A program made the translations under genes and the position numbers. A DNA stretch of 62,590 nucleotides, the filler included, from Stramenopiles sp. TOSAG23-2 (taxonomy: Eukaryota), in assembly GCA_900128395.1 (NCBI GenBank). It is 41 parts of 41 records of this genome, joined end to end, with 100 filler letters (N's around TTAATTAATTAA, not from the genome) between each part and the next. Parts side by side here need not be neighbours in the genome. Positions count along the whole stretch, not along the records: positions 48,990 to 50,414 come from LT652935.1; positions 50,515 to 51,938 come from LT652936.1; positions 52,039 to 53,461 come from LT652937.1; positions 53,562 to 54,983 come from LT652938.1; positions 55,084 to 56,505 come from LT652939.1; positions 56,606 to 58,027 come from LT652940.1; positions 58,128 to 59,548 come from LT652941.1; positions 59,649 to 61,069 come from LT652942.1; 33 more parts are not named here. One strand, given 5' to 3'. The stretch's first letter is position 1. Each line of letters starts with the position of its first letter. Under the pieces are notes generated by a model. The model made no database searches. It had not been told where the DNA came from and saw only the letters and a program-made list of their open reading frames with translations. Positions 49,177-61,386 of the stretch are shown piece after piece.

Positions 49177-50414
49177 TTATTGACCACATTTATCACCTAT
49201 ATTACAATCTCCATTGGAGTTGACTTGGTTACATTTTGGTACACAAACTTTGTCATCGCCACACTTAGTACCAGTTAAACAATCAGTATCAATCGAGCAT
49301 TTCTCATTGATTGCACATTGGCCTTGTCTGCTTTTACATGAAGATTCTTCTTCGTCATAAAAACAACCGCTATTTTTACATGTATTTTGATCAAAAATAT
49401 TATTGCACGTACTTGCTGGTACAGCATTTAATGTACATGTGCATTTACTTGCAGTACAGTTCATAGAATTGCAATATGCATCTCCAGCACAGGCCTGTCC
49501 ATTCGGCTTTTTTAAAATTCGTTTTTTGCATATGGATTCAGTACCGTCACGTACACACTCAAAATTTTTCTCTTCATCTCCAGTATCTACGTGGCTGCAA
49601 CAATCCAACCCATTTCCCGTATTACATTTTTCATTTTCAGGCAAACATTGCAATGTGCAAGGTTCCGTATTGCCAGATGTCTCGTATTCCTCGTCAAAAT
49701 TACAGGAGTAAAATTGACCACATGTTTGTTTATTGTTGGCTTTGTTTTTAGTGCCATCAAAGCAATATTCGCACGCCATACTCCCACACACTTTTTTTGG
49801 TTTACAAACATCCATAAACATAAATTCATCATACTCGCATACACCGGATTCACATTGTTCATTCCCGCCACAATTATCATTAATTTTTCCTTTAGCTCTG
49901 CATTGTCCAGATGAACCTGCTTGCATTAAACGACGACGCTTATGACCAGAATCGGAACCATGATCACCACCGGGAGGGTAGCTGTCGCCCGAACCGGAAC
50001 CATAATAATCACCACCGGGGGGGTAGCTATCGCCAGAACCGGAACCATAATCACCACCGGGAGGGTAGCTATCGCCAGAACCGGAACCATAATCACCACC
50101 CATGCCAGGATCGTTACCGCCACTTTCCATGCCAGGATCGTAAAACATTTCACACCATTCATTACTTGCGCATTCATCGTCTTTCGCACATGTTTTCGTG
50201 CATTCATCTCTTTGTTTCTTGTCATTCCAAGTACAAATACCACCATCGCATTTATCCATACCAGGCTGACATGGATCACCAATTGCCTTTTTGTTTTTGC
50301 ATTTATTCTCGTAATTACAATATTTCTTTCCACCACAATCATTATCTACGAAGCATTCCGCGCATCCATTCATCATAGATGGCCCACCGGGATTGTAATT
50401 GTAGTCCGCATTCG
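49177..50414 (-). CDS. Cys-rich extracellular protein fragment with GSGSGDSYPPGGDY repeats
   Basis: Many CxxDxxC modules, 42-45-bp tandem repeats at ~49950-50100, HKRRRLM motif. Confidence 0.8.
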
Positions 50415-50698
50415 NNNNNNNNNNNNNNNNNNNNNNNNNNNNNNNNNNNNNNNNNNNNTTAATTAATTAANNNNNNNNNNNNNNNNNNNNNNNNNNNNNN
50501 NNNNNNNNNNNNNNATATATTATATTATTTCCTCAAAATTAATTTTATATTTATGTGTATATATATATATATATATCTGAATATAATAAACTGTATAATT
50601 TTTGTTGTTTTATTTCTACATTTACACTTATCTCCTTTCCTTGTTGTATAAAATATTTAATAGAATATATATAGATATTTTAAAGATCATTCAAAAGT

Positions 50699-50972
50699 TA
50701 AAGTCATGCAACATGGGGGAGCGGACGACGGACGAACGATCCTGAAAATTTCATTTTAGTATATATTTTTGTATCCTTATATTTTAGTTCCTATTCAATG
50801 TTCTATTTTTTTATTTTTCATTTTTTTCACTCAAAATTCACCTTAAAGTCAAGCAACATGGGAGCGGACGAACGATCCTGAAAATTTCATTTTAGTATAT
50901 ATTTTTGTATCCTTATGTTCCTATTCAATGTTCTATTTTTTATTTTTTATTTTTTTCACTCCAAAATTCACC
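50699..50972 (+). repeat. Imperfect tandem duplication, non-coding
   Basis: AAAGTCA.GCAACATGGG...GCGGACG...GATCCTGAAAATTTC...AAATTCACCT occurs twice, with indels. Confidence 0.8.
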
Positions 50973-51242
50973 TATCAACTATATCAATTCTATTGTATGC
51001 ATGTGGATATAGCAGGCTATTTTACGAACCGATTATTCTTCTTTTGTAGTATACTACCAAGTATCAATTTGATCCAACCCTCCATTTTTAATCTCAACAA
51101 AAAAAAAAAATAAAAACAAAACAAAAATACTAAGTATAAATAGATAAATAGAGGAGAGATCAGGAAAACAGTTCATAACCATGTTCATATAATAATTTTA
51201 TAAAGTGGTAAAATTTGTCATTGTTACTCTATTGTTACCATC

Positions 51243-51560
51243 ATGTGTACAGGTGAACGATCCAATGTATGGGGAACTAGAGACTTCAAGAATGTATATG
51301 AAGAACCTGCATGTTTAAGGCGTAGTGTAAGTATTCCAAAAATCAACTAATAATGGATAAATTATTATTTATTATTGTCTTTTCTATTTAAATAAGAAAC
51401 TACTTTTTGGACCACTCTAACAAATTAAATTATTTCATAATATTTCTGTATGTACACATAGGATCCATTTGGAGATACGTGTACTCGACGAACAATTATA
51501 GGATTTGGTGTAGCTATTGCTACAACTGTATTTACATTTTATGCCACAATCAATGTATAA
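51243..51560 (+). CDS. Small spliced protein with a C-terminal TM helix (intron 51327-51461; start uncertain)
   Basis: MCTGERSNVWGTRDFKNVYEEPACLRRS|DPFGDTCTRRTIIGFGVAIATTVFTFYATINV-stop; GTAAGT...CTAAC...TAG. Confidence 0.6.
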
Positions 51561-52038
51561 TTTATATCAATTGATATACAACCGTTTTTGAAGCTTGATT
51601 ATATATATATAGCATTAGCATAGGCACATAGAGGGCATTTATTTATTATTTTTAACGAAGAAGAAAACGAAATAATAATTTATAAATTATATGAAATGTC
51701 ACCATGTATTACCGAGTGTGTAAAAATATTTTTTTGTGCGTATGTTACAAATATATAAAAATTTATAAAAAAAATATTTTCTAGAGATTATAAATAAATT
51801 GTGTACACTTCTGAATAAATGAAGAGAAACATTTATTCCTTTTTTAGATCCATCATTTAACATCGTTATCATTATTTTTTCAACCTATAAATTTTGTTTG
51901 GAAAAAATTCGTAATCGAAGCTCTACCAAAATCAGTCANNNNNNNNNNNNNNNNNNNNNNNNNNNNNNNNNNNNNNNNNNNNTTAATTAATTAANNNNNN
52001 NNNNNNNNNNNNNNNNNNNNNNNNNNNNNNNNNNNNNN

Positions 52039-52075
52039 TGTGAACAACAACCGGTAACTATCCGGATAAAGATCT
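52039..52075 (-). mobile_element. Truncated copy of the dispersed structured element
   Basis: 36/37 identity to 54615-54651, ending abruptly at GATCT. Confidence 0.7.
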
Positions 52076-52357
52076 GTGTCAATATATAACACACAATTAA
52101 TTCGATATGATAATGTATCATATATGATATGAATATATTATATGAATTACGCCCCGCGTTTGATATATATAATATTATATACCATCATATCATATATATA
52201 TGCATATATATTTTTTAATATATTTGATTTTCTACGTGCGTATTTCTACCCAATATATAATGACAATTCACCCTACCCTCTCAAAAAGAATACAGTGACT
52301 GAACCAGAATATATATTCTCTCTCTATATATATATATATATTATATATATATCTTTC

Positions 52358-53461
52358 TCATTCACACCATTTTAAAAAATATATTCGTCCTCCTTGACAT
52401 CCATTTACAATATAATTATCATGTTGACTACCTTGTCCACCAATACCATCTGGACTACCAAATGGGGCAAAGGCATGAAAAAAATTAACTAAAGTTAAGC
52501 TATACTCATCATTTGAATATTTCAATTCAAACATATATATAATTTTATCGCTACTGTTTGCAATAATATATTTACTGTTCAAAAAGAAAGAACACCAGCT
52601 AATCATTGTGTTCTCCTCGCCTGCAGATACCTTGGAAAGCAAGGAACATGTAACGTCGCATGTAAATAAATATATAAGACCTGTTTTTATACCAGCTATA
52701 CCTAACGTTACATTTTCATCTCCTTCTTGATTGGATGTATTTACTGACACAACCCAACCATCAAGTTTCAAGCTGCTAACTTCTTTTAGCGTTTCAACGC
52801 TCCAGATACGAACGATGGAGTCATTAGCACCAGACAACATATATTTGCCATTATTTGACATAGCAACACTCAAAATAGAATTGAATGTGTCGACAGGATG
52901 TTTTGAGGATTGCATATCAAACGTTTGAACATCAACGATTTTTTCATTATTATAGGTTAATAATTTTAATGTGTTGTTATCACCTGCTGCAGCAATTTTA
53001 TTGTTATTAAATCCTACTGCATTGATCCAATCATCAAAATCATAGGATGTAATATGTGTTGAACCATCCATAGCATTAATAATATGAACAGTTGAATGCA
53101 TACCAACAATAATTTTATCTTGAAAAGATTTTAAAGATGTTATTGCTGACATTCCTACTTTTTGTGATTTTAAATGAACATTCCAAATCAACGTGATTCC
53201 ATCCGGTTGCCAGAATTTCAAATTTCCATCACTATCTGAACTAGCAATGTAATATTGACCGTCCCTTTCATTAAAACAAAATTCAGTTGCAGAAATAGAT
53301 TGTAAATGCCCAGGCGGGTCTGATTCTGCAGTGGCTAATTCAATATTAAATATTCTTGATGTACCATCATCTGATGTTGTCATTATCTTCTTTGATTTAT
53401 TTGCATCCGGATATTCTGTGATTTTTTTCACTGGACTACTATGTCCTCTTAAGGTTGTTTT
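52358..53461 (-). CDS. WD40-repeat protein, 5'-truncated
   Basis: GH...IASSDSDGNLKFW; MLSGANDSIVRIWS. Confidence 0.85.
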   Translation of the reverse strand, partial: KTTLRGHSSPVKKITEYPDANKSKKIMTTSDDGTSRIFNIELATAESDPPGHLQSISATEFCFNERDGQYYIASSDSDGNLKFWQPDGITLIWNVHLKSQKVGMSAITSLKSFQDKIIVGMHSTVHIINAMDGSTHITSYDFDDWINAVGFNNNKIAAAGDNNTLKLLTYNNEKIVDVQTFDMQSSKHPVDTFNSILSVAMSNNGKYMLSGANDSIVRIWSVETLKEVSSLKLDGWVVSVNTSNQEGDENVTLGIAGIKTGLIYLFTCDVTCSLLSKVSAGEENTMISWCSFFLNSKYIIANSSDKIIYMFELKYSNDEYSLTLVNFFHAFAPFGSPDGIGGQGSQHDNYIVNGCQGGRIYFLKWCE

Positions 53462-53758
53462 NNNNNNNNNNNNNNNNNNNNNNNNNNNNNNNNNNNNNNN
53501 NNNNNTTAATTAATTAANNNNNNNNNNNNNNNNNNNNNNNNNNNNNNNNNNNNNNNNNNNNCAAATTAATAATTAAGAAGGAGATGGATGGCATCAGATG
53601 GCATCAATTAATTTTTTGTAAATAGTTTTGTTTGATTTTTAGAAAAGCATCTTTTATTCCATTCATATTTGGAGAGTTTTTAATTTTTGTTTTGTTTGAA
53701 GACGCATACGCATACATACACGTATTCAGATACACACACACACACACGTATATATACA

Positions 53759-54424
53759 ATGTCTGGTGCTAAAAGACGTACTAAATATCGAAAACATGTT
53801 ACACAAGATTTTACTGATTCAGAACGTGTACCAAATGAAGGTGAAGTATATGCACAAGTTGGTCAAAGCCATGGTGGTAATATTTTTGAAATATTAACGT
53901 CACATGGCGAAAAGGCGCTTGCGCGCTTACCAACAAAATTTAGAAAGTTGATATGGGTGAAACGTAATGATTTTGTCATTGTATCATGTGCTACTGAAGG
54001 ATATGAAACAGCAACTGGTGCTGTTGGACGTGTAACACATTCTGTTGAACATATATTAAATAGTGACCAAGTAAAACAATTGAAAAAAACTTTAGATAAA
54101 ACATCCATTTTTCTTGCTAGTGAAAATGGAGATGGTAATAACAACGAAAATAAAGACACCGTGGATAATTTACAAAATAATGTTAATAATATGAAAGTAT
54201 CAGCAACAACTACAACCTCTAATGATGATAATAATAATAATAATAATAATAAATTGAATAATAGTGAACAAGTAAAACAAGATACCAATAATGCAAATGA
54301 TAATGTCAGTAAAAGTGAAATGTATAATAATTATTTTGATGAAGATGAGAATGATGATGATTTATTTGTAAATCGTAATCGACCTGTTGATAGTGAGACT
54401 GAAGAGGATAGTGATAGTGATTAA
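53759..54424 (+). CDS. EIF1AD: eIF1A-domain protein EIF1AD
   Basis: MSGAKRRTKYRKHV...GGNIFEI...LARLPTKFRKLIWVKRNDFVIV...DDLFVNRNR. Confidence 0.92.
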   Translation: MSGAKRRTKYRKHVTQDFTDSERVPNEGEVYAQVGQSHGGNIFEILTSHGEKALARLPTKFRKLIWVKRNDFVIVSCATEGYETATGAVGRVTHSVEHILNSDQVKQLKKTLDKTSIFLASENGDGNNNENKDTVDNLQNNVNNMKVSATTTTSNDDNNNNNNNKLNNSEQVKQDTNNANDNVSKSEMYNNYFDEDENDDDLFVNRNRPVDSETEEDSDSD

Positions 54425-54506
54425 ATATTTTCATAATATGCGTATTATATCATACATCTCATATTAATATGAATATTATATCATATATATTATGTTATTT
54501 TGAACA

Positions 54507-54746
54507 GTTTAAAAATCTAAAAGTTATAATAATTTTACACTTCCCATCGTAAATACTATGCTGACGAACGGGTTCACTTGAAAACGGTGAGGCTGTCAAA
54601 GTGAAAGATCCTGCTGTGAACAACAACCGGTAACTATCCAGATAAAGATCTCGAAGTGCACGGTTTTGGCAAGAAGCCACGGATTGGATCACTTTAGCTT
54701 GTAGGTGTCTCTACAAGTCTCGTTGACCAATCGTGCTTTAAGCCAT
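54507..54746 (-). mobile_element. Dispersed structured non-coding element, copy B (strand inferred)
   Basis: GC-richer island in AT-rich intergenic DNA; long hairpin 54674-54738; homology to three other contigs. Confidence 0.6.
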
Positions 54747-55083
54747 CATATATATTATAATATAATTTCATTCTCTAATATTATTCATATACGAAGTATT
54801 ACTGGACACACATCATAATATGATAATGTGAAAACTTTTTAATATATATATAATATATATGCATATCATATATATATATATACATATCATACGAGAGTTT
54901 GTATCATATATTTTATTTTTTTTGCTATGAACGTATATCATACGTACATTAAATACATTGCATGAAAAACATCCAACAATACANNNNNNNNNNNNNNNNN
55001 NNNNNNNNNNNNNNNNNNNNNNNNNNNTTAATTAATTAANNNNNNNNNNNNNNNNNNNNNNNNNNNNNNNNNNNNNNNNNNNN

Positions 55084-55646
55084 GTATTGAAAATGATATT
55101 AAGAACATTTGTGCTATTGTTATGAAAACGACACGAAATAAAATCAAAACGAAAGTTAATGATCATATCAAAACTGGAATTGACAAAATTGTGGATAGAA
55201 TAAAAATCGAATTTCAGAATGAATGCAATAAGCTTCTCAACAATATCATGAATGATATGAATCAATCATTACGTAAATGGTTAACAAAATACATGGAAAA
55301 TGATAATGACATTAATTTTACTTCGCCTATGCAAAAAAAGAGGAAAAAAATCGTTGATGATTTTCCAATTAAAGATGATGAATTGGTACATTTAGTCTCC
55401 AAAATTTTTCAGAATGCAATACAAACTTGCAATATAAAAAATTTAAATGTTGAAAAGGTCATTACAAAATTGGATACTTTTAATGTAAAATGTAAAAATG
55501 AATTTGATATCTCAATTGGGTACACAGATAAAATGGTAACAAGTACATTCATTACGCTGGAAGAAACATTGATTCAATCATTAGATGCTATCATGAATAA
55601 AATTAATGTTGCAACAAATGTACTAGGAACACGAACTTGGGGTTAA
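55084..55646 (+). CDS. C-terminus of an unknown helical protein
   Basis: Frame open from contig edge, 174+ aa. Confidence 0.55.
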
Positions 55647-56605
55647 AGAAGAAGATTGTCAGTTTCGAAATGTAATTGTAGAGAGATAAAAATATTAATA
55701 GAGTGTTTAATTTAGAAAGATGTTTAAAATCTAAGTTATAATTAAAAATAAAATATCATATTTCTCTACCACTACTTTCTTGAACAGTTGTATTTTTCCA
55801 TTTTACGCTTTTGTATTTTTCTATAATTATATATTATATTGTTCTAGAATAAGCATGTAACATTTAAAAAATCTCATAATTAGTAATTCGTGAATTCTCT
55901 TTTTAAGACTGCCAGGGCACCCAACATCTCCCACATTCCACATTCCCCAAATCTCCAAAAGATTATATTCAAACTTCTGTTGATGAAAAATACGAGGAGG
56001 GCGGGGAACAAAATTGTACCAAGTTAGATATATATCATAATCAATCTAACTTTTGGTCTAATTTATCTAGATGCATACATATGTATATGTCCTCTCTCTT
56101 GATCACAAAGGAGGCGTGTAAAGAAGGCGTGTAAAGTGTAAAATGTAGGTCGTCTGTCAATCAAAAAAGTCGTCTGAAAAAAGTCGCATTTTTTTTTTTG
56201 CAATTTTTTTAATTTCAATTTTAAGGTGAAAGACACCTCACATCTCTCCTATCAAAGCCAGAACATAAAGTACACTAGTATGTATACTATTCTTAATACA
56301 GGCAAATACGCAAATACCATTATTACGCATTTCATCACACATGTCCATCACATTGAATAAATCAACTAAAAATAGATTGTTTGAGAGAGATAGTATATAT
56401 ATACAACATATACATTACAAAAAACAACGTAGAAAATAAAAACAGGTTCAATAGATGAATATCGAAACATTACTGAAGATGGATAAAACGAATAAGAATA
56501 TTCCGNNNNNNNNNNNNNNNNNNNNNNNNNNNNNNNNNNNNNNNNNNNNTTAATTAATTAANNNNNNNNNNNNNNNNNNNNNNNNNNNNNNNNNNNNNNN
56601 NNNNN

Positions 56606-58027
56606 ACGAATTAGAGGTATTCCTAGAATATATTTAGCTGCAAATTCCGGTGCTAGAATTGGTATGGCTGAGGAAGTTAAAAAAGCATATAAAGTTGCCT
56701 GGATAAATGAAGATGATCCATCGAAAGGCTTTAATTATATTTATGTTACACCAGAAGACTATCAGCAATTAAATGCTCAAGGTAGTTTGAAAGCAAAGGC
56801 TGTTACTGTAGTTGATCCAACCACAGGAGAGAGTGAAGACCGTTTTATTATCACCGATATAATTGGTGCGTCGCCTGATTTAGGTGTAGAGAATCTAAGG
56901 GGTAGTGGAACTATTGCTGGTGATACAAGTCGTGCATATGAAGATGTTTTTTACATTAACTTATGTTACCGGTCGCTGTGTTGGCATCGGTGCTTACCTT
57001 GTACGTTTAGGTCAAAGAACTATTCAAAAAGTTTCAAATGCACCAATACTTTTAACTGGATACCAAGCATTAAATAAGTTGATGGGTACTCCTGTATATA
57101 GCTCTAATTCACAGCTAGGTGGTCCATCTATTATGTACTCAAATTCAATGGCTAAGTTACGTCCCGGCAGTCCGCGGTGGTGCGTTGCCAATAATTCAAC
57201 CCGATAATATTGATTCGCCAGATAGAAATGTAGAGGTCATACCAACAAAAAATCCGAGTGATCCTAGACTTTATTTGACAGGCGTATTGACTCATACTGA
57301 TACACATTTGCATGAGGAACAATTTTTGTCTGGATTCTTTGATAAAGACTCTTGGACAGAAGCTATGGCTGGATGGGCAAAGACGGTTGTAACCGGTCGT
57401 GCACGTTTAGGTGGAATTCCAATGGGTGTAATTGTACCAGAAGCCCGTACTGTTGAGTATACCATACCAGCAGATCCAGCATCGCCATTATCACGGGAAC
57501 AAATTGTGAAACAAGCGGGTGGTGTATGGTTCCCTGACTCAGCATACAAAACATCTCAAGCAATTCATGATTTCAATCGTGAAGGCTTGCCACTAATTAT
57601 ATTTGCAAATTGGAGAGGATTTTCCGGTGGTCAACGCGATATGTTTGATGAGGTGTTAAAATTTGGTGCCACTATCGTAGATGCTTTGGTTCAATACAAG
57701 CAACCCGTTTTTGTTTATTTGCCACCTGGTGCAACTTTACGTGGTGGTGCATGGGCTGTATTGGACCCGACAATCAATCCGGAAAAGATGGAAATGTACG
57801 CTGATCCTAAATCTAGAGGTGGTATTTTAGAAGCACCAGGTGCAGTTTCTATTAAGTATCGTACCCCTCAATTATTGCAAAAAGCTAGGGAGTTAGATCC
57901 TGTGTTGAAGAAGCTTATGAAGGAGATGGAAGGCGTTGAACATGGCGATAGTGAGAAGATTAAAGAATTGCAAAAGCAAATGAAAGAACGTGAAAGTTCT
58001 GTCCTTCAATCGTACGTACAAGGGGAT
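56606..58027 (+). CDS. ACC1: Acetyl-CoA carboxylase (eukaryotic multidomain type), carboxyltransferase region, with sequence errors
   Basis: [70 protein letters not shown]; extra T at ~56950 and a deletion at ~57143. Confidence 0.96.
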
Positions 58028-58127
58028 NNNNNNNNNNNNNNNNNNNNNNNNNNNNNNNNNNNNNNNNNNNNTTAATTAATTAANNNNNNNNNNNNNNNNN
58101 NNNNNNNNNNNNNNNNNNNNNNNNNNN

Positions 58128-59308
58128 AAATCGTCCAGGTTTTCCATTTTTAGGTAACGATTTTTTTCGTGAAGCGGGAGATTGCTTCTCCTGTTATGTA
58201 ATTGAAAATTCACCAAAACAATCGCAAGTAGAATTGTTGAAAGAATACGCTAAAAATTCTGAAGATGGAACATTACTTGTAAATCAAAAATTTGTCGCAT
58301 CGCCGTGTCTAAAACTGCTGATTGTGAAGAATCAATTTCGAATAAATTATATGGCCATCCACTCATAGCCAATGCTTCGTGAGATGGCATATCTGGAAAT
58401 GATTGCATATATACAGACGCTCTTTCGATCGTTTCATACGGTATATGAAGGACACTTTTAGATGCTAATGGTCCATCGTCACTTCGGAATGATTCAATAG
58501 TTTCAGACATTGCAATAAAACTACTCATGTTTGATAGTGGTTCTTTTTTTTCCTCCGATGATGATTGTAAAAAATTTCCATCGCTAGTATTTACATGCTT
58601 TTGAGATACCACGCCATGCATTCTTCGCGCTAAACTTCTTAATTGATCAACAGGTGGTGGATTAGAAACATACCTCGCTTGAAAACGAGAACGTAACGGT
58701 GGGTCTAACGGAAATCCAGGAAACGTTGGTATTGGCAAACCAAGTGCAATAATTTGAAAATCTGGATGGACACGTTCTAGGCCATTTAATTCACTACTAG
58801 CCATGTCCATAAGCAATTTATCATATCGATCGGCGGCAACTAAAAAACGCCCATCGCTTAAACCCATTTCTCTATTTTCTAGAAGATTGTTTAAAATAGG
58901 TAAAACATTTCTTTCAGCCTTTTCTATCCCATCTAATATCAATACCGAACCATTCAAAGCTGCTTTTACTGGTGGTTGGTCGACATAAACAGCAGTTCCA
59001 CCATCAATTATTTCACGCCGTTGTTTTAAATCTGAATCAGTAGTTTCCCTAGATAAAGATACAATTTCATACTCCCTATTTGTCAATTCACAATAAGACA
59101 GCGCCAATTGCCTTCGCAATGCTCCTGGTGGACCTATTAAAAACATATCTTGATTCAAAATATCTTTTTGCAACAACCATGATAAATGATCTTGAAACCA
59201 TGCATCTTCTACATGCTGTCCATAATTTTTTGGCACACGGTTTGGCCTTGTAGTTTTTCTCCTCGTAACCTCCAATGAACCTAGGCGTATTTTACCAAAC
59301 TTTTTCAT
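58128..59308 (-). CDS. VWA8: VWA8 AAA+ ATPase, N-terminal part
   Basis: QKDILNQDMFLIGPPG, SRETTDSDLKQRREI, DGIEKAERNVLPILNNLLENREM, PLDPPLRSRFQAR; apparent frameshift near 58280. Confidence 0.92.
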
Positions 59309-59648
59309 TCTGTATGTATATATATATTATGTATATATATAATACATACACATATATATTTCTTTCACAAAAAAAAAAAGAAAAAGAAAAGACAAATCAA
59401 AGAATCTTAAAGAACGAATATTAGTGGAAACAAATCTATTTTGATTTCTTACATTTTTTCAGTCGTCTATTGTTTCAAAAATTAAAATGAAATATAATAA
59501 ATTGTTGAAATAATATTTATGTATATATGTGCAAATCTTTTATTCATTNNNNNNNNNNNNNNNNNNNNNNNNNNNNNNNNNNNNNNNNNNNNTTAATTAA
59601 TTAANNNNNNNNNNNNNNNNNNNNNNNNNNNNNNNNNNNNNNNNNNNN

Positions 59649-61013
59649 CCAAAATTAATACCTAAAGCTGAAGTAACGTTTGATGTTCCTAGAACAGTTA
59701 ACGGTGTAACTGATGAATTCATTACAAATAGTTTACAGCATTATAATGTTATTGATAACGAAACAAAAGTTTCAATTGTCGATAAAAATCCTATAGGAAA
59801 AGGCACAGGTAATTGTGGTGATTTATTAATTATGGAGTTAGCATACGAGCCGAAAAATTCAGACTTACCAAAAAAAATTGTTGGTAAATTTTGCCCTGAA
59901 GTTATTCCCGTTGGGATGCCAAAAAGAAGTTGGAGAGATGGTGCTTTAAATGAAATTAATAATTATACAATTGTCGGAACGGATACTGTACCTCATCCAA
60001 AATTTTATGCGGGCGTTGGAAACTCAGCAAAGGATGCCTTTGTTGTCTTAATGGAATACGTCGATGATTTGGAAGGAACAGATATTTTGCAACCATTGGC
60101 AGTTGATAGATGTGAAAGAGCTTTAAAAGCAGTTGCAAAATTGCATGCCAAGTTTTGGGGAGGTCCAAAACGGCTTGGGGGGCCTGTGCCGACCCTTGGT
60201 TCTCCAGAATTGGATCAAGCAGTTGCATTTTTAGGAGATTATCGTGGTATTATGAAAATGATGATGAGTGAAAATTGTTTAATGCATCCAATAAGCGATA
60301 TTCAAAAAATATTGCCTCCAAATGTAGCACTTCGAATGGCTGATTGGCCTAGCATTGTCTCTGCCAAGGCTGGAAATACATTAAATACCTATGCTCCTGC
60401 AATGCCTAAAACTGGAGAACCTTTATACGCTGTCAACCCAATATCTATTGTATTTTTTGATTACCGTTCTGATAATATATTTATTTCTCAAAACGCACCA
60501 TCTGATTCAAACGATTTAGGTGTAAAAGCAGTTGATTTTGCTGCATGTATGTGGGCCCATCCAATGGTGGATGTTAATTATCTTATGATGACAAGTTTAG
60601 ATCCAGAAGAACTATATCAAAACAAAGATAGATTAATCGAATCATATCGCCAATCGCTAATGGAAAATTTAGCATTATTTTCAAATGCTGCATCTGTTGA
60701 CATGTCGAGAGATGACAATGAAATTAAAATTGGAAAGAATCCAGCACCAGTACCAAGTTTGAAAACGATGCAAAATGACTTATGGATGCAATTCATGTGG
60801 ACACCAATGTTTGTATGGAGTCAACTGGCACCTGTGATGATGGCACGCAGAAAAATGTTAGGCGAAGATGCTGTAAATGATCGTCAAATTAAAGCTTTTC
60901 AAGTAGTCATGGAAAGAGCCATTACAGTAATGGAAAAATACAATTGGGCTGATTACATGAAACAACAACCTGGAAGTGCACCAACATGTCAATACTGTTG
61001 CCCATGCTGTTAA
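59649..61013 (+). CDS. EcKinase/APH/choline-kinase-like phosphotransferase, 5'-truncated
   Basis: VLMEYV, VAKLHAKFW, DYRSDNIF (Brenner-like motif), AVDFA...HPMVDVNYLM. Confidence 0.85.
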   Translation, partial: PKLIPKAEVTFDVPRTVNGVTDEFITNSLQHYNVIDNETKVSIVDKNPIGKGTGNCGDLLIMELAYEPKNSDLPKKIVGKFCPEVIPVGMPKRSWRDGALNEINNYTIVGTDTVPHPKFYAGVGNSAKDAFVVLMEYVDDLEGTDILQPLAVDRCERALKAVAKLHAKFWGGPKRLGGPVPTLGSPELDQAVAFLGDYRGIMKMMMSENCLMHPISDIQKILPPNVALRMADWPSIVSAKAGNTLNTYAPAMPKTGEPLYAVNPISIVFFDYRSDNIFISQNAPSDSNDLGVKAVDFAACMWAHPMVDVNYLMMTSLDPEELYQNKDRLIESYRQSLMENLALFSNAASVDMSRDDNEIKIGKNPAPVPSLKTMQNDLWMQFMWTPMFVWSQLAPVMMARRKMLGEDAVNDRQIKAFQVVMERAITVMEKYNWADYMKQQPGSAPTCQYCCPCC

Positions 61014-61386
61014 AAAGAAAAAAAAGAAAAAACCACTCACACTGTGTGGTATAATGGTTTTTATTTATTNNNNNNNNNNNNNNNNNNNNNNNNNNNNNNN
61101 NNNNNNNNNNNNNTTAATTAATTAANNNNNNNNNNNNNNNNNNNNNNNNNNNNNNNNNNNNNNNNNNNNCCCAAATGGCTCCCTAGCATCATGAGCAAGT
61201 TTCCCAAAAGCATCCTCCCCTTCTTTGTATTCTACATCCATGAATCCTGAACCAACATTGACTTCTGAAATCTTATCTTTTTTTCCCACAAAACTAATAT
61301 ATTCACCATTTGATTTATAGACCCCCATTTCACTATAATATCCTTCATGAGAATGATTTTCTGTCCGATTTGGCTATGAGTACGGT

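Noticed and set aside
54555..54605. Hammerhead ribozyme (CTGACGA...GAAA...GTC)
   Set aside because: Stem II and stem I do not pair convincingly
6438..60228. Many 60-170 aa ORFs antisense to or overlapping real genes
   Set aside because: Shadow ORFs and low-complexity translations with no motifs
1439..61169. Regularly spaced TTAATTAATTAA as a biological repeat, and any gene cluster across contigs
   Set aside because: It is embedded in Ns and is an artificial six-frame-stop linker; contigs are ordered by size, so synteny is meaningless
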